A stretch of 64,000 bases of DNA from Moniliella sp. 'wahieum' (taxonomy: Eukaryota), in the NCBI GenBank assembly GCA_003971905.1, contig RSEE01000009.1, forward strand, positions 1-64,000, in the 5' to 3' direction. The notes under the pieces were generated by a model. That model worked only from the letters and a program-made list of their open reading frames with translations, was not told the DNA's origin and did no database searches. A program made the position numbers and the translations under genes. Of this stretch, positions 12,776 through 24,213 are shown piece by piece (position 1 is the stretch's first letter; every line of letters begins with the position of its first letter).

Positions 12776-13823
12776 TTACTCAATCACCTCTACTGGCTTG
12801 GCTCCCTCGACGAGCCAGTCTTTGGAGATGTAGTTGCGAATGCCATCGGCCATGATCACCACCACATTTGCTTCGGGGTTCTGCGCAATGGCTTTCCGTG
12901 CCGATTCGAGCCAGTCCAGTGCGGCGTACAAGACGGCGCCGGAGGAGCCACCGACCAACAAGCCTTCGTCGCGGATGATGGCGCGGGTCATGGCAAAGGA
13001 TTGGTCGTCGGTCGTCTTGATCCACTTGTCCACCACCGTCTTGTCCAGTGTGGCTGGATCAAAGTCGTACCCGATCCCTTCGACCTGTAGGCGCCCGTCG
13101 AGCCCGGAGGCAGCACGTTGAGCGAGGCAGGCTCAGCAATTGTCGATCCCACCGGATCAATCGCAATCACTTGGCACGCCGGGTTGTGGTCGGCGCGTTT
13201 CAGTCGATGGCCCAAGCCCGTGATCGTGCCGCCGGTCCCGACCCCGGCAAAGACAGCGTCGACAAGCGTGTGCGAGCTGGCGCGCCGGCTGGGCGAGCCA
13301 TGGCGCAGGGCATCAATGACCTCTTGCGCCGTGACTTGCTGCGCCAAGGGGTTATTCGGGTTGGCAAATTGGTCCAGCAGCACGGCATGCGGGATCTCGG
13401 TCGCGAGACGGTGGGCGACATTGATGTTGCACTCGGGTCCTCATGGCCGGCCTCAGTGGGGGTGCGAACGATCTCTGAGCCAAGCGCGCGCATCGCATTG
13501 ACTTTTTCCTGGCTCATCTTTTGCGGCAAGACAATGATGCAGCGGTACCCTTGACAGCCGCGACCAAGCTCAGGCCTACCCCCGTATTGCCCGACGTGGG
13601 CTCAATAATCACACTTTGGCCCGGCACCAGACGGCCATCCGCCTCGGCCTGCTCCACATCAGCTTGGCAATCCGGTCCTTGATCGAGCCACCGGCATTGA
13701 AAAATTCGCACTTGGCAAACACGTTGCACTGGATCCCCCGCGCTTGGGGGATACGGTTGAGGCGGATGAGGGGGGTGTCTCCCACACACTCGAGAGCGTT
13801 CTCCAGATGTGCTGGTTGGACAT
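12776..13823 (-). CDS. CYS4: Cystathionine beta-synthase (PLP catalytic core only), frameshifted
   Basis: Across frames: [94 protein letters not shown]. Confidence 0.92.
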
Positions 13824-14902
13824 GGGAAGAGGAGGAAGGAGGGCGAGTGGGGGTACGTAAAGGGGGGGAGAGGCGAGGGGTGAAGGTGGGATGAGGGGAA
13901 GGGTGATGCTAAAGTGGGGTGTGAAGTAAGGCGAAGACTCGGAAAGAAAAGGGTCTTACACAGGGATACAAGTACAACAAACGCACAGAGGAAACCTGGT
14001 GGGTGAGGGCGAAAGACACGCTCACAGCACAGGTTGGACTGAGCTTCCCAGACAAGCCTGTTGGAGGCGGGGTAAGTCACGGGGAGCAGCCAGAAAGGGG
14101 CGAGAGCTGGGGGGGGCGAAGGATGCGAGAGCAGGGACAAGAACTGCTCGGAAGGGAACCACCACGGCGACGGGGGGACGTGGAGGACGGAAGCGAGAGC
14201 GGGGGAAGAGGTGGTGGTGGGAACAAGAGAAAGCGGTGTTCTTAACCCCTCGGTACTTATGGAAGGCCGCACGGACAGGAAGAATAACCCCCACACTGGC
14301 CTCAGCCGGAGCGGCGCCAAAGGGGCAGAGCATGGCGCCATCCTGAACTGTCAACGTACCAACCGAGAGCGATCTAAGATCTAGCATCTCCTCTCGCTCA
14401 GCTGGGCGCTGGGGTTCATATTTCACCGGTGCACTAAAACCAAGGATGGTAATAGCAACACAAAACCAGATATACATGATGGTTGCGCTCACCGTCACTG
14501 CCCTCTGCCTAGTGTACACCCCGCCTCGCGTCGACGAGATAAAAACGTGCGCACCCTGTGGGTGACCGGTGAGCGATGAGCACGCATCCGTCGATGGTTT
14601 TGGCAGCAAAACCCCACTGCAAAGCAAAAGGTGAGGGTGGGCGTTCGTTATCGTATGGCACCACCCGCGGAATGTATATACCCACCAAAATATTGGATGG
14701 CGTGCTCCACCTTTTAGTTTCCCTCGATAGCTGGTTTCGCATTGCCATTGCGTACGGCCTTGGATTTCAGCAGCACTTCCCCCGCTGTTGCGCACTGTGG
14801 CATGCTTGTCAGTGCTTCACAGAGCTTACGCCTGTTTAAACTACGCTGCTGAGCGCGGTTACGAGCCTCGTCAAGATGGTCAAACCAGGAGTGCCAACAA
14901 AT

Positions 14903-14998
14903 GGTCGATTAGCTCAGTTGGTCAGAGCGCTGGTACTAATAGCATCCTCCCGGATGTAGTAAATGCCAAGGTCATGAGTTCAAGCCTCATATTGACCA
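14903..14998 (+). tRNA. tRNA-Ile (anticodon AAT) with a ~21-nt intron (14942-14962)
   Basis: Acceptor stem GGTCGAT/ATTGACC, D stem GCTC/GAGC, anticodon stem TGGTA/TGCCA with loop CT-AAT-A, T loop GTTCAAG, and a T-run terminator straight after. One extra base before the anticodon stem may be a sequencing error. Confidence 0.9.
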
Positions 14999-15202
14999 TT
15001 TTTTATTTTGCGTTCAACCGACGCACAACACCATCCAACTCAACCCCGTTTCTCGTACACTACCAACCTCGTTCACCCACCCGACTATCACTCGCCCCGA
15101 CGTGCACGCACAGGCGAGAACCAAGCACAATGAAATGGATTGTCCATTCAAATTGATCGCAGCACAAGCGTCTGCTATGCGGACGGCGCGGGAACGTGAA
15201 GG

Positions 15203-16186
15203 TCAAGTGACTAGTGACCTGGCCCCCCGGCCCAGTTCCTCACTTTGCCCGCGGCCTGCAAGCAAATCAGGTGTTTCGGCCAAGACTTTGCGCACCACGT
15301 GCTCGACCAGTCGTTCGAGCGAAGTGGGGAGTTGGTCTCCGCTTGCCTGGTCGGTAGCCGCGGCTGGGCCGGCGGCCAATGCACCCTGCACCGACCGCAC
15401 CACGAACTTGCCCGCCATATCAAACTCGACATTGACCTTGGCGCCCGGGTGGAGGTGGGGGAGATCAATGATGGATTGCGTGTGGGCAATGAGCATGATC
15501 GTCAGCTCCACTGTCCCTCCTTGGGAGGAGGGGGGAAGGTTGCAAGTCCGCTGCGTACGCGGCGGGGACAAGTGGCGCTGTTCGGCGGTGAGCGCGCCGC
15601 CGCCGGGCGGGCTGACATCAATCAACGTCAAGCTGGCTCCGTTGAGGGTAATAAATCCCTTGGGGATCAGGTAGGGCGCGCACTGCGACGCAGTCGGTAA
15701 GCCCGCGGCCGAGTCCAGACGCAAGCTCAGCGTCAATGCGTTGCCTGTGGGCGCAAGCGAGAGCAACGTGGCTACGGTGTCGACGTGTCCTTGGACTTGG
15801 TGGCCTCCAAACCTCGTGTGCCCACTCATTGCGCGTTCGCAGTTCATTTTGCCCCACCTGGACCGAGCCGAGGTTGGTCCGCTGCAGCGTTTCGGGCGCC
15901 AGGCCGATCTTGAACCAGCCGCCCTTGTCGGTCTTGGAGAATTCGGTGACCGTCAGACATGCGCCTGAGGAGGAAGAAGCGGAGAGTCAGGATCCTTACG
16001 CAGTGTAGTGAAAAAAACGAAAGAATACCCACCCTGCACAGCGATGCTGTCTCCAAGGTGGCAATCGTCCAGAATGGAGGCGGCGCCGCCAATGGTGAGG
16101 GAAAATCCGTTTCCGCCTGCCACCGACGCGTCCATGCTCTCGACTTGCAATACGGGCGCGCAGATCTCGATCAGACCGGTGAACAT
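15203..16186 (-). CDS. RIB5: Riboflavin synthase; intron 15965-16032
   Basis: Hallmark N-terminus MFTGLIE; GDSIAVQG|ACLTV across a GT..AG intron; LAPETLQRTNLG; ERAM...RFGGHQVQGHVD; KGFITLNGASLT; KVNVEFDM. Confidence 0.95.
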
Positions 16187-16636
16187 GGCGGCAGAGGAAG
16201 AGGACACGGTGGGGAGGAAGAAGGTGGTAAAGCTGGCGAACTGCTCGCGCCACTAAAGACCAAGTGATGAAGTCGATGAAGCCTGCTGAGCGTCAAGCCA
16301 AAGCTCAAAAGATGGACAGAAATCAGAAATCAGATCTCAGATCTCTCAGATCTCAGACTGGGATCTCAGATCAAGCTGATCAAGCCAAAGGGACATCCGA
16401 TGAAAGTTTGAATGCAGTTGCGCCAGTGGTACTCGGTACTCGGTACTCGCTCCTCGACCCTTCCCGGCGTTCCTTCGGGTTCCGGTGGAATCGGTTACGT
16501 CCGGCGGCTACCTGGCTGCCGGCATCGGCTGCGTCGCTGTCGACGTGCTGGGTCGGATGGGTAGGCATGAATAATGGCGCCAGACACAAACAAAGGGGAG
16601 TCATGCATCATGCACCAGCATCCAGCTCCGCAGCGA

Positions 16637-17939
16637 TTACCAACCGAAAACCGTGTCCCCCACCTTGCTTAAGAAGGAAGAGCGGCGCGAATCTGCCGAG
16701 ACGTCGGCGGCAGTAGGTGCGGTGGGGGTGGACCATCCAGGAATGCGGAAGAAAGAGGCCGATGTATCCGCCGGGGCCAAGGCCGAGTCCTTGGTGCCCA
16801 TCACGCTGAGCGGCCGGCCGGCTGAGGCGCGCGGCGGACGGGCTTGGGGCCGCTGGGGCGTGCTGGGTGCAGGAGAAGGGACCACAGCGGGCAAAGCGAG
16901 GGACGGCCGAGGCGATTCCGAGGCCAACGAACCGCTCAGCCCATCAAGGCGGAGGGTATGATGCAGGTTTTCGTCTTTCACGCGTACCCCGACCATGCAG
17001 GCGCCCGCAACGATTTCGCCTGAGCGCCGGAGAGCGCGTAAGGCAGAGATCGAGTCCTTGTACACCACCTCCACACACCCCGGTCCTTCGTCCGACTGGG
17101 AAAAGGGCACCCATTCGGACGAGAGCAGACCCAGGCCAAAGTGTTCCACGACGACCACTTCCAGGGAGGGCGGGAAGCCATAGAGGTATACTGTGCGTAA
17201 CTTGGCATCATCCGCGCCGCCCTGGCCGGGGGCATAAGGGAGGAGCTAGTAGATGCAGAGGCCCTGCCCAGAACCGACGTCGGGGCTGATACGAGGGTCC
17301 GAGCAGGGGCGGGGGTAGGGGCACCCGAGATGTCCAACGCATCCTCGTCCCCAGGGTCTGGATGGGAGGCGGGGCATCGTCCTCGTTCCCTGGTGAGGAG
17401 ACGACGGTTCCTCTGCGGGCACTGAGGTTGATGTTGGGGCTGTGCGGGGGCGGATTAGGTCCGTGGCCAGCGCTCGGGCGCGCGCGTAAGCCCGACGGTC
17501 CAAATGCGTTCTCCCGCCCGCGCGGAAGAGGAGAGAGGGATCCACGTGAAGTGCCTCCCAGGGAGACGTTGCCGAGGAAGGAGCTGTTGGCCGGGTTGCT
17601 GGCGAATGAGTCGTTGAATCGCCCCGAGGTGCGCGGTTGGAAAAGGGGGGAGTTGAACGTGTTCTGGGCGGGGTGACTGGGTATCGCAGACGACGGCCGC
17701 AGCGCAAAGAGAGAGCCACCTTCGTGGCCGATATCGTCTCTCACGTTTGACGCTGAACGGGACGCGGGGGTGCCATGGATGGGGGACGAGTAAGGGCGGA
17801 CATCCTTGATCTTGCTGAGATAGCCCGGCAGATACGTGGCGCTTCGGTCGGTAGGCGAGGTGTCGGCGCTGTGGGCGGGGGCGCCAGAGGAGGGCGGGAG
17901 AGGCGCGGGGGCGGGGGCGGGGTGGGGAGCTCCCCACAT
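16637..17939 (-). CDS. NUP53: Nucleoporin Nup53/Nup35-like, frameshifted
   Basis: Disordered N-terminus with DDAPP; RRM-like region VYLYGFPPSLEVVVVEHF...VYKDSISALRALRRSGEIVAGACMVGV; C-terminal amphipathic helix SFLSKVGDTVFGW*. Confidence 0.8.
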
Positions 17940-18332
17940 GGCGGGCCGGGGACAGGGGGGCGGGGGCGCAGGGGAGGTTGGTTGCCGTCACCACTGACAG
18001 CTGACATCCGAAAGGCTCAGGTCACATCAATTCAATCACTGCATCATCCCCCACGGCGGAAGCTCCTGAGGCGCAGCCTGTTCTTGTTTTTACCCGGGCA
18101 ACCCTAGCACCCACTGTCCACGTGATGCACCCGAGGGGGACGCCAAACGCAGCCGCGGCGCGGTAGAGACCAACACCACACGCATCCACATGGAATTAAG
18201 TACAGTGCATGGGCGGCCACTCTGTCGCCGTCCCATCATCGCCGCAACACCCCCCCCCCCCACCCCGCCGCCCGCCACGGCCACCTACACCCTGCGACCC
18301 TGCCCTGGTCGTTGGACCCCGCCGCTATCAGC

Positions 18333-19378
18333 ATGCTCCCCAGCCTCGACCCCATTGCACCCAAACCACCAGCGCCGCCCTCAACACGACGGCCATTGGA
18401 TCCGGTCGAGCTAGAACGGATGGCGCAAGTCTGCGCCAAACGCCTGCGCTACGCTCACTTCAAGGTCCAGAATGGCTGGGTGCGTTCTCTCGGATGAACT
18501 GGCTCCTGGGACTGACCACTAACCTTGTTGTGCACCATTCCTGCCGCTGCCTCATCAGGCCAAACAAACCCTGTCCGAGGTTGAGGTTCTGTATTACAAA
18601 AAACAGCGTACCCAGCGCACCGCCGTCCCAGCACCGAAGACGTTTTTGGGCCCTATGCCTCCCTTCGACCCAACGCACCCGCTCCAGCGTCAAAAGCGCC
18701 CGCAGTCGTTCTCCGTCCGTCTGGCCAAGCACCAGAAACCGGGTTGAGCGCCTCATCCGCATCCGTGAACCACAATGTTCTCGGGCGTGCTCTCTCCCTC
18801 CCGAGCAGGAGGTGCCGGAATACCAACGCTGGCGGGAGCCACCACCAGGGATGGACAACATGGCGCTTTTGGCACAGGCCTCAATGATGGCGCCCCCGGC
18901 CTCGACCCCTGCGCGCAAAAGGGTAGCGCACACGCCCGCGCGGCGTTCCGCACCGCTAAGCATCATCAGTCCCAACGCCAACGATACAGCGGTAGCCGCC
19001 ACCTCCACCCTTGTCCCTTCTTCCACTTCGGTGACTGCCGCGTCGCCTGTTCTCTCTCATTCTGGGGCAGGGATGGAGCGGGAAGCAGTGCCGAGCAACT
19101 ATGCTGCCTTCTGGGCCCAGGTTGGCACCATGACCGGAATTGAGAGTGCCCCGGTGCATGATCCAAAAAACTCGCCTTCTCTTCCTTCCATGTCTCCCCC
19201 CACCAGGCCGAAGGGCAAAGGAAGCGATTGCGAGTGGCGGGCGTGTAATCCCTCCCTCCCCCCAAAGTGGCGTCCTCCTACCCACGTCGTGAAGCGTGCG
19301 ACTGGGTCTTTCCCCTTGACCTTCTTTTCTTCATCTCTCTCTTTTCTATGCATGGTTCCTGGTTCCTGGGCAGTCTAA
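18333..19378 (+). CDS. Whi5/Nrm1-like domain protein; intron at about 18480-18558, 3' end uncertain
   Basis: CAKRLRYAHFKVQNGW, then after the intron a frameshifted NKP-LSEVE-like segment, resembles the Whi5/Nrm1 motif L..RL.YA..K...GW....L.E.E. The remainder is S/T-P rich. Confidence 0.55.
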
Positions 19379-21026
19379 CCTGAGGTCTGAGGGGGAGGTC
19401 TCTCTCATCCGCCTGGCCCGTCACCACCTCAGCGTTCAATTGGATCCTATACTCATTTTTGTTAGTTGCTGTGCACGTCTGTGCTTAAGGCAGTGGTTTG
19501 TCGAAATTTCGAGGGCTCCACACTCCTAGCATCAAATCCGTGCGCATATACATCTGCGGCCTATCTTATCAGTTCTGTTTCTCTGAGGGCCATGATGAGG
19601 CCGATGAGGCCTGAGGCCGGAGGGGGAAAGTTGGGGGCAGGCAGGCCTGTGGTCGTCGACTTGTGTTTGCCCACTGCTGATGCTGATGTCGCGGTCGGAC
19701 GCACTACGTCGATGCCTGTCTACCACAGGCAGATGAGGCAGAAATGCCACAGGGCGCCGTGCAGACGTGGTGGGGTGTGGAGCTTGAAGGCGCACTGTAA
19801 TCGCGTGGAGAAAAAACGACACCACTTCATCTGATGGCAAACGAAGGGTTGGCAGCGTCTGCGCTGAGAGAAATGTTGAGATGGCCATAATCTGGTGGTG
19901 GAGGCTTCCGCCCTAGTGAGTACTGGATACGACAAGTATTGATGCGATCGAACTGAGATAATCGATGATCGATGAGATCTTAGATCGATTGATTATTGAT
20001 TGTCGATTTGCAGTGGCCACGAAGGAGAGGACACGTGGAGCGGAATGCAGGCGACGAGGCGGAGTCACTAGTCACGTGTCATACTTCAAACGTCAAGCTC
20101 TTCAAGTGGGGACGGATGGAGGGGCGTACCGCGTACCGAGTGATAGCTGTGACGCCGAACATCACAGTCACATGTCGCCCAGCAAGCTGCCAGAGGGCCG
20201 TTCCTGACTTTGCTTCTCCGACGGGCGCTCTCTCGTTGTTCTGTCTCCGAAAGCACAACCAGGCGCACTCGGCATTCCGTCGTCGTGCCCAGGAGCTTCA
20301 GCGCTCGGGCTCAACGTCAAGCTTCAGGCGCTTAGACAGGAGGGCGTCACTACCGCACACGCGCTCAGCTGGGCAGCACCGTGCCTTGGCGGTCGGCGTG
20401 CGTGGGGAGCGGCTGGGCAGCACTCGCATCTCGCGCAGCCGCACCGGCCGCGCGACCAACGCCAAGACGGGGGACGCGTCCGGCGTCGCGCCAGCTGACA
20501 AGGAACGAGCTTGGCCCGGCGGGGACGAGGGGGCACGGCGGCCTACAGATAGGACGATGGCCACGGCGGGGAGGGAACGCTCTAAAACGCTGCTTCTACA
20601 TGGAAGCGAAAGCAGTGCAGCCGCGTTGTCCCAACATACATCATGCATCATGGACATCATGCATCGGGCCGCATACACCATGCATCACATCACCGGCATC
20701 ATCGAATCGTTGGCATCAATCACTGTTCACCGCTCCCCGGTCCTCGCGGCAGAACCGGCTAGGGTGCATAGGATGGTCGATGATCGATGGGTGCATGGGT
20801 GATCGATGAGTACGATGAGTCGTAGACAAGCAGTCGCCACAGCACACAGGCCTCGTGCCCACCCCCTCGGCGGCCAGGGGGTGTTAAAACGTTGCTGCGC
20901 AGCGTTCAACGTTCAACGTTGGTATTCCTGCTTTGCTCCACCACCACCACCACCGCCTCTCCATTCCCATTCGCACCGCCCTCCCTTCGCGTCTCACAGC
21001 CTCACAGTCCCATCCGCCTCTCTGCC

Positions 21027-22091
21027 ATGCCCGAGCTCCTCAACCCTGCCATCAACGCTCCCGTCGACTACGACGTGTTTGCCACCATCATGTCCGAGCC
21101 CAAGCGCGACAAGACGTTGACCCTCGCACCTGATCTCTTTGCCCTCGACCCGCACCTCCCCGACGGAGACTACGCTTCCTTTAGCCAGGCCTCCTTCAGC
21201 TCCAGCCCTGGCTCCTATCCTCTTTCCCCTTCGGAATACGACAGCTCGGTATCGATCGACGCCTCCTCGCCCCCGGATCTGGCCCAAATCTTGATGGACA
21301 TGGACATGTCCCCGCATTCGCGGGCGGCCACCGTGTCGCCTGTCATGTCCCAAGCCGCTCTCCCCAACCTATCGATCCAGGAGACGAAAGATCATCTGCC
21401 TGATCTGATGCACACTGTCTCGCCCCCATCCACGATGACACTTGCATCCTCGCCCGAGTGTAAGCCGCCGCTTGCGAAGGCGGACGCTGCCTCTTCCCTG
21501 GACCCGAATGGACTTACGTACGAGTCGGTGTGCGCCAGTCTCAAGGACATGGCTGCGAATGGCACGCCGGCGTCGACGATGCTCCAATTCCTCACGTTGT
21601 CGCGCCACGCGTTGGTGCAAGAGATCCCCGCGGAAATCGTGTTGCAAGGCCTGGTGGAACGAGCCGCGCACCAGGAAGAGTGTCCGCGATCGTCGACCTC
21701 GTCTGCGTCTGGCTTTGGAGCGCACCGACGCCCACGCCAATCGCTGCGCGAGGCGGCCAGTCCGTATGCTATCCCGGCAGGTCCGCGCATGTACCAGTGC
21801 GACCAATGCCCGTTGGTGTTTGACCGTGCGTACAATCTTAAAGAACACCTCAAGACCCATGATCCCAACTGCAACAAGCGTTTCCCTTGTCCCTTGCCTC
21901 AGTGCGCCCACGCGTCGCACCGCCGGGCCGACATGCATCGACACATCAAGAACGTGCACATGAAGAAGGAAGGTCTGTCCGAGACGCAGAAGACGATGGT
22001 CTTGGCAGCCTATCCTGCCATGCAAGCGGAAATCTTCCCCGATGAGGATGTCAAGCCTATTGTTGCAGGCTCGCGCTCGCCCCCGCTTTGA
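21027..22091 (+). CDS. C2H2 zinc-finger transcription factor (two fingers)
   Basis: Intact ORF with YQCDQCPLVFDRAYNLKEHLKTH and FPCPLPQCAHASHRRADMHRHIKNVH, plus an S/P/D-rich N-terminal region. Confidence 0.88.
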   Translation: MPELLNPAINAPVDYDVFATIMSEPKRDKTLTLAPDLFALDPHLPDGDYASFSQASFSSSPGSYPLSPSEYDSSVSIDASSPPDLAQILMDMDMSPHSRAATVSPVMSQAALPNLSIQETKDHLPDLMHTVSPPSTMTLASSPECKPPLAKADAASSLDPNGLTYESVCASLKDMAANGTPASTMLQFLTLSRHALVQEIPAEIVLQGLVERAAHQEECPRSSTSSASGFGAHRRPRQSLREAASPYAIPAGPRMYQCDQCPLVFDRAYNLKEHLKTHDPNCNKRFPCPLPQCAHASHRRADMHRHIKNVHMKKEGLSETQKTMVLAAYPAMQAEIFPDEDVKPIVAGSRSPPL

Positions 22092-24213
22092 CGTGGCCGA
22101 TCTCACTCCTATTTCCGGTTAAACTTTACCATGCTGATTTTGTGGCTCCGACCCGCTGGCTCCCGGACACGACGAACCTGATCGTCGACCCCTCTGTCCC
22201 TCTTGCCAGTGACGTCGCTGCCTGCCCCATCTGTCTCGAGAACCTCGAGCCCAGGCACCTTGTCGCCTCTTGTGCTTGCCACGGAGCGCAAGGTTGGTTC
22301 CCCCTAGCAACATTGGGTCATTAGTCTCCGCACTCTGTCGTTGAGCTGCCCCGTTGTGTATCTTGGGCAATCGCCTTTGCCTGCGTTTCCTTGTTCGCCC
22401 CCCTCAAGCCCTGCTGGACTTATCCAACTGGGCTTGGCTCGTTTCTAGCTTGCTCCATCCCCCTTCCCCATGCCTTTTTTTCTTCTCTTCCCTCTTTTCC
22501 AACTGCCGTGGCCTTTTTTTGCCCCCCTTATGTTTACTCTCTGTCTTCCTATATGTTTCCTGCCTGTCTCGTATTTGTATCAACTTGGGACCTCAGACTA
22601 AGATTCAGCCCTCAGGGTGCGTAGTAGCGTGGGCAGCGTCAAACACCATGACCAAGGCATCGATGCCGCGGCTTCTGGACACACACGGGAAGAGTTTAGG
22701 GTGAAGGAGGCTAGCCCCGGCCTCGTGGGACCTGCGAGTGAAGAATGTTAGGATGGGATGTGTGCCGCCCCCAGGTTAGGCAAAAGAAAACAGGCGTGGG
22801 CGGGAGCGGAAGCGAGGTGGAAGGGACCGCCTCTCATGTCACACACCACGCCTGTGACAGGTGACGCCACATGTCACACAAGAGGATGCTGGAGGGTGGG
22901 CTAGCTCCTGGTAGCTGTCGCTGGCGGCGCTAATAAGGCGCTTGAGAGAGCGTCGGGATGTCAGTGGTATGTGGTGGTGGTGCGGCGGCTGGCGTGGGCC
23001 AAACGCATTGTACATTCACTTGTTCACTTTTCACGTCACAAGCTTGACGAGTTGGTGGCTAGCTAGATTGACCTGTAGCGAGTGTGCGGTCGTGCTGGTG
23101 CTGGCTCGGAGTGCGGCGGATACTGACTGATAGGGATTGTGACATGTGACATGTGGCAAGCGGTCCCGTGTAAACAGGTTCCTAAGTACACCAAACGTTA
23201 AAATTTAAACCCGGTACGCATTTTTCAAAGCACCCGTCGTTTTCCTTTTCGCTCCCCCCCTGCCCCACCGTTACTAGTACCTGGATCTGAGACGGATGTG
23301 GTCGATGAGGCCTGAGGCTCAGGCCTGAGGGTGCTGATTGCTTGCTGATTAATGATTGCTGCCATAGTGAGTGGTTCCGTGGAGTGCACCTTCTCTGGGG
23401 TACCTCATCGAACGCAGCGACGAAGAGCCGAATGGCTGGGGGCTCCCCAGGCACCAAGCTGGGACAGTCGATGGACGCTCGATAGGCGCTGGGCACTAAT
23501 TGAAGCTTGAAGCTGGAAACTGGAAGGCTTGATAGGTACTAGGCACTGTTACATGCCCCTGGGTCACACTAGCACTGAGGCTTGAAATGAAGCTTGAGGC
23601 CTGGGCGCTTGAACGTCTGAACGTGCATAATGGAATCAAAGACCCAAGCCAGGGCCGCCACCGCCTCTTGGAGCTTGCCCCCCGCCCCGCCGTGTTCCTG
23701 GGCTGGCTTGGGACCCACATCACACAATGCTCCTGTGCTGGGGCCAGAGGCTGAACTTTGGGTATTGCGGCGGCCAATGCGCCAAGGGGCAGTGGCAACT
23801 GGGCCAGATAGCAACTGATGGTACTGCACAAGAGGCGCAGAGGGACACAGAGGCTCGTCAGTATATCACACGTCGGTATCAGCACTCTGTTTGATAGACG
23901 AGAGACTGAAGCCGAGGCTTGAGGCGTATCATTAATCATTCGTACCCTGGCGTACCGCTCGTACAGGGGACATCTGGGCCACCGCAGGCCACTGCCTGTG
24001 GCTGGCTGCTGGCTGCTGGCAGCCGCCGTGCGCACTGCCCCAGCGCTAGCCGTTGGCGCGCAGCCCGGCTGCGGCACAACATCGGCGGTAGGACCGCGCA
24101 ATGTGAGACAGGCGAACGACTTACTTGCTGCATCGTAGCACCCGCAGGAAGGTGGCACCTCCTCGCCTCCCGCCCCTCCTTCCGTCCTTCTTGTTCCCCC
24201 GCCACCACCTTCC

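Noticed and set aside
22222..22290. CPICLENLEPRHLVASCACHG, resembling the first half of a RING-CH finger
   Set aside because: The second half of the ligands is missing, there is no proper start, and it lies in the presumptive 3' UTR of the C2H2 gene, so it is probably coincidental.
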